Shown here piece after piece: positions 62,840-64,000 of a DNA stretch of 64,000 nucleotides. Source of the stretch: Paraspadella gotoi (lineage: Eukaryota > Animalia > Chaetognatha). Numbering within the stretch: position 1 is the stretch's first letter; each line of letters starts with the position of its first letter. Both the position numbers and the translations under genes were made by a program. The notes under the pieces are model-generated. The model made no database searches and had not been told where the DNA came from. It worked only from the letters and a program-made list of their open reading frames with translations. The DNA lies in assembly GCA_051294375.1 (NCBI GenBank), contig CM119269.1, forward strand, positions 18,650,471-18,714,470, in the 5' to 3' direction.

Positions 62840-64000
62840 GTGTGTCTGGGGTTAATAAAGAGCGGGGCGGAGGGGTGAGACACGAGGCAGTTAGAGGGGC
62901 CAAGATACTTATTTTTCTGCTCAGCGCTTTTGTACGCCAAGAAAAATAAATTTAAAAAAATGGCAGATAAGTAGTCGGTAGCGTTAACGCCAGAGGATGA
63001 GACAGACGTGGGGACAACGATAATTAATTAGGATGGAATGTGACGTTAAATGTCGACACTTAGGAGATACGGCATATCATATAGCAGCATTGAGTCCGGC
63101 CTGAGCTTCGCGATAGGCTGTACCCCCGAGTTACAGGCGGGGTTAAGCGCGCGGCCGGTCCCACTTATGAGTCGAATGTGAACGTTAAATATCGCGGAAA
63201 ATTTATAATATGGCATATTCGGATAGCTTAACAGGAGTAATTCTTGAAAACTTTAGAGGTTCTTCTCGTAAATCTTAATATTTCCAAAAAGGACAAAATG
63301 TAAAATTTGATTTTTTACGATTCCTAAAGATAACCACGCTAGACACCCGCCTTAGCGGCGCATGGTATTTTTCTTGCTTTTTTGTGTAATCTTTTTTTGC
63401 CTCTCTAATATGACGCGCCGTAAAGACAAAAGTGTTAAGAGAGCCAGAATTTGATTCAATCAGGTTAAAGCGGGAAAGTTAATGAGTACTGTTTAACGTG
63501 TTTTTTAAGCTAGCGTAATTTCTTGTGATAAAGGATGGGAAGGTGTCTCAAAATAGATGTGGAGGTAAAGTTATGAGAAATTTGAAGTTTACAAATATAT
63601 GGTTTTTTTTAGCAATTTCCGCGTTCTTTTAAAGAGAAACATTTGATGTCAAATTTCTAATCAATATTTTTACAACTGTGTTTCCTCCATCGTTCGAAAT
63701 TTCAAATTATCGTGCGTTGTGTTCTGTGCTCGATCTTCATGCCAGACCGATGTGAGACACATCGCCAGCAAGCCAACATTTTTTTTATTGTAAAATGGTA
63801 GAGTGAGATGAGACTGCGGGGTTTCCGCGGTGCGAGTTGCTCACACGGCACTTCTGAGAGTAATGCTAGTAAACGCGTTGAGGGAAAGACGACGCACTGA
63901 ATTGTCTACTAACGTGCCTAATCCGCTAACGGCCTAATCTCGTAAGCACTAATGCCCATAACCTAATCTGCTATCCCTTAATCTACGCCTTTGATCCCGT

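Noticed and set aside
63895-64000. Recurrent CTAA(T/C) words at the window end
   Set aside because: Too short and truncated to call; possibly MITE subterminal repeats.

Overview
This is gene-dense, intron-rich animal (invertebrate-like) genomic DNA with AT-rich introns and many (GA)n microsatellites. Spliced gene models were built by hand from GT/GC-AG sites and reading phase. In order they are RGM (+, 5' partial), BTBD10/KCTD20 (-), a 5'-truncated RLE-type non-LTR retrotransposon, a C10orf67/DUF4709-like gene (+) and an intronless coiled-coil gene (-). These are followed by a GT29 sialyltransferase (ST6GalNAc I/II-like, -), a GT31 beta-1,3-galactosyltransferase-like gene (+), choline kinase (-), CTP:phosphocholine cytidylyltransferase (-), an SLC22 organic cation transporter (+) and an ADPRM-like CDP-alcohol diphosphatase with an unusual N-terminal membrane anchor (+, 3' partial). 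The last six genes form an uninterrupted, functionally coherent run: cation uptake, then phosphocholine, then CDP-choline, plus Golgi-type enzymes. It resembles the logic of the bacterial lic operon and is the main candidate for an undescribed system. About 10 kb (20051-30029) is repeated after a 25-N gap, most likely an assembly artefact. A hAT-type non-autonomous element with an 8-bp TSD in SLC22 intron 1 carries a minimal hammerhead ribozyme motif. Family calls come from recalled motifs, not database searches.
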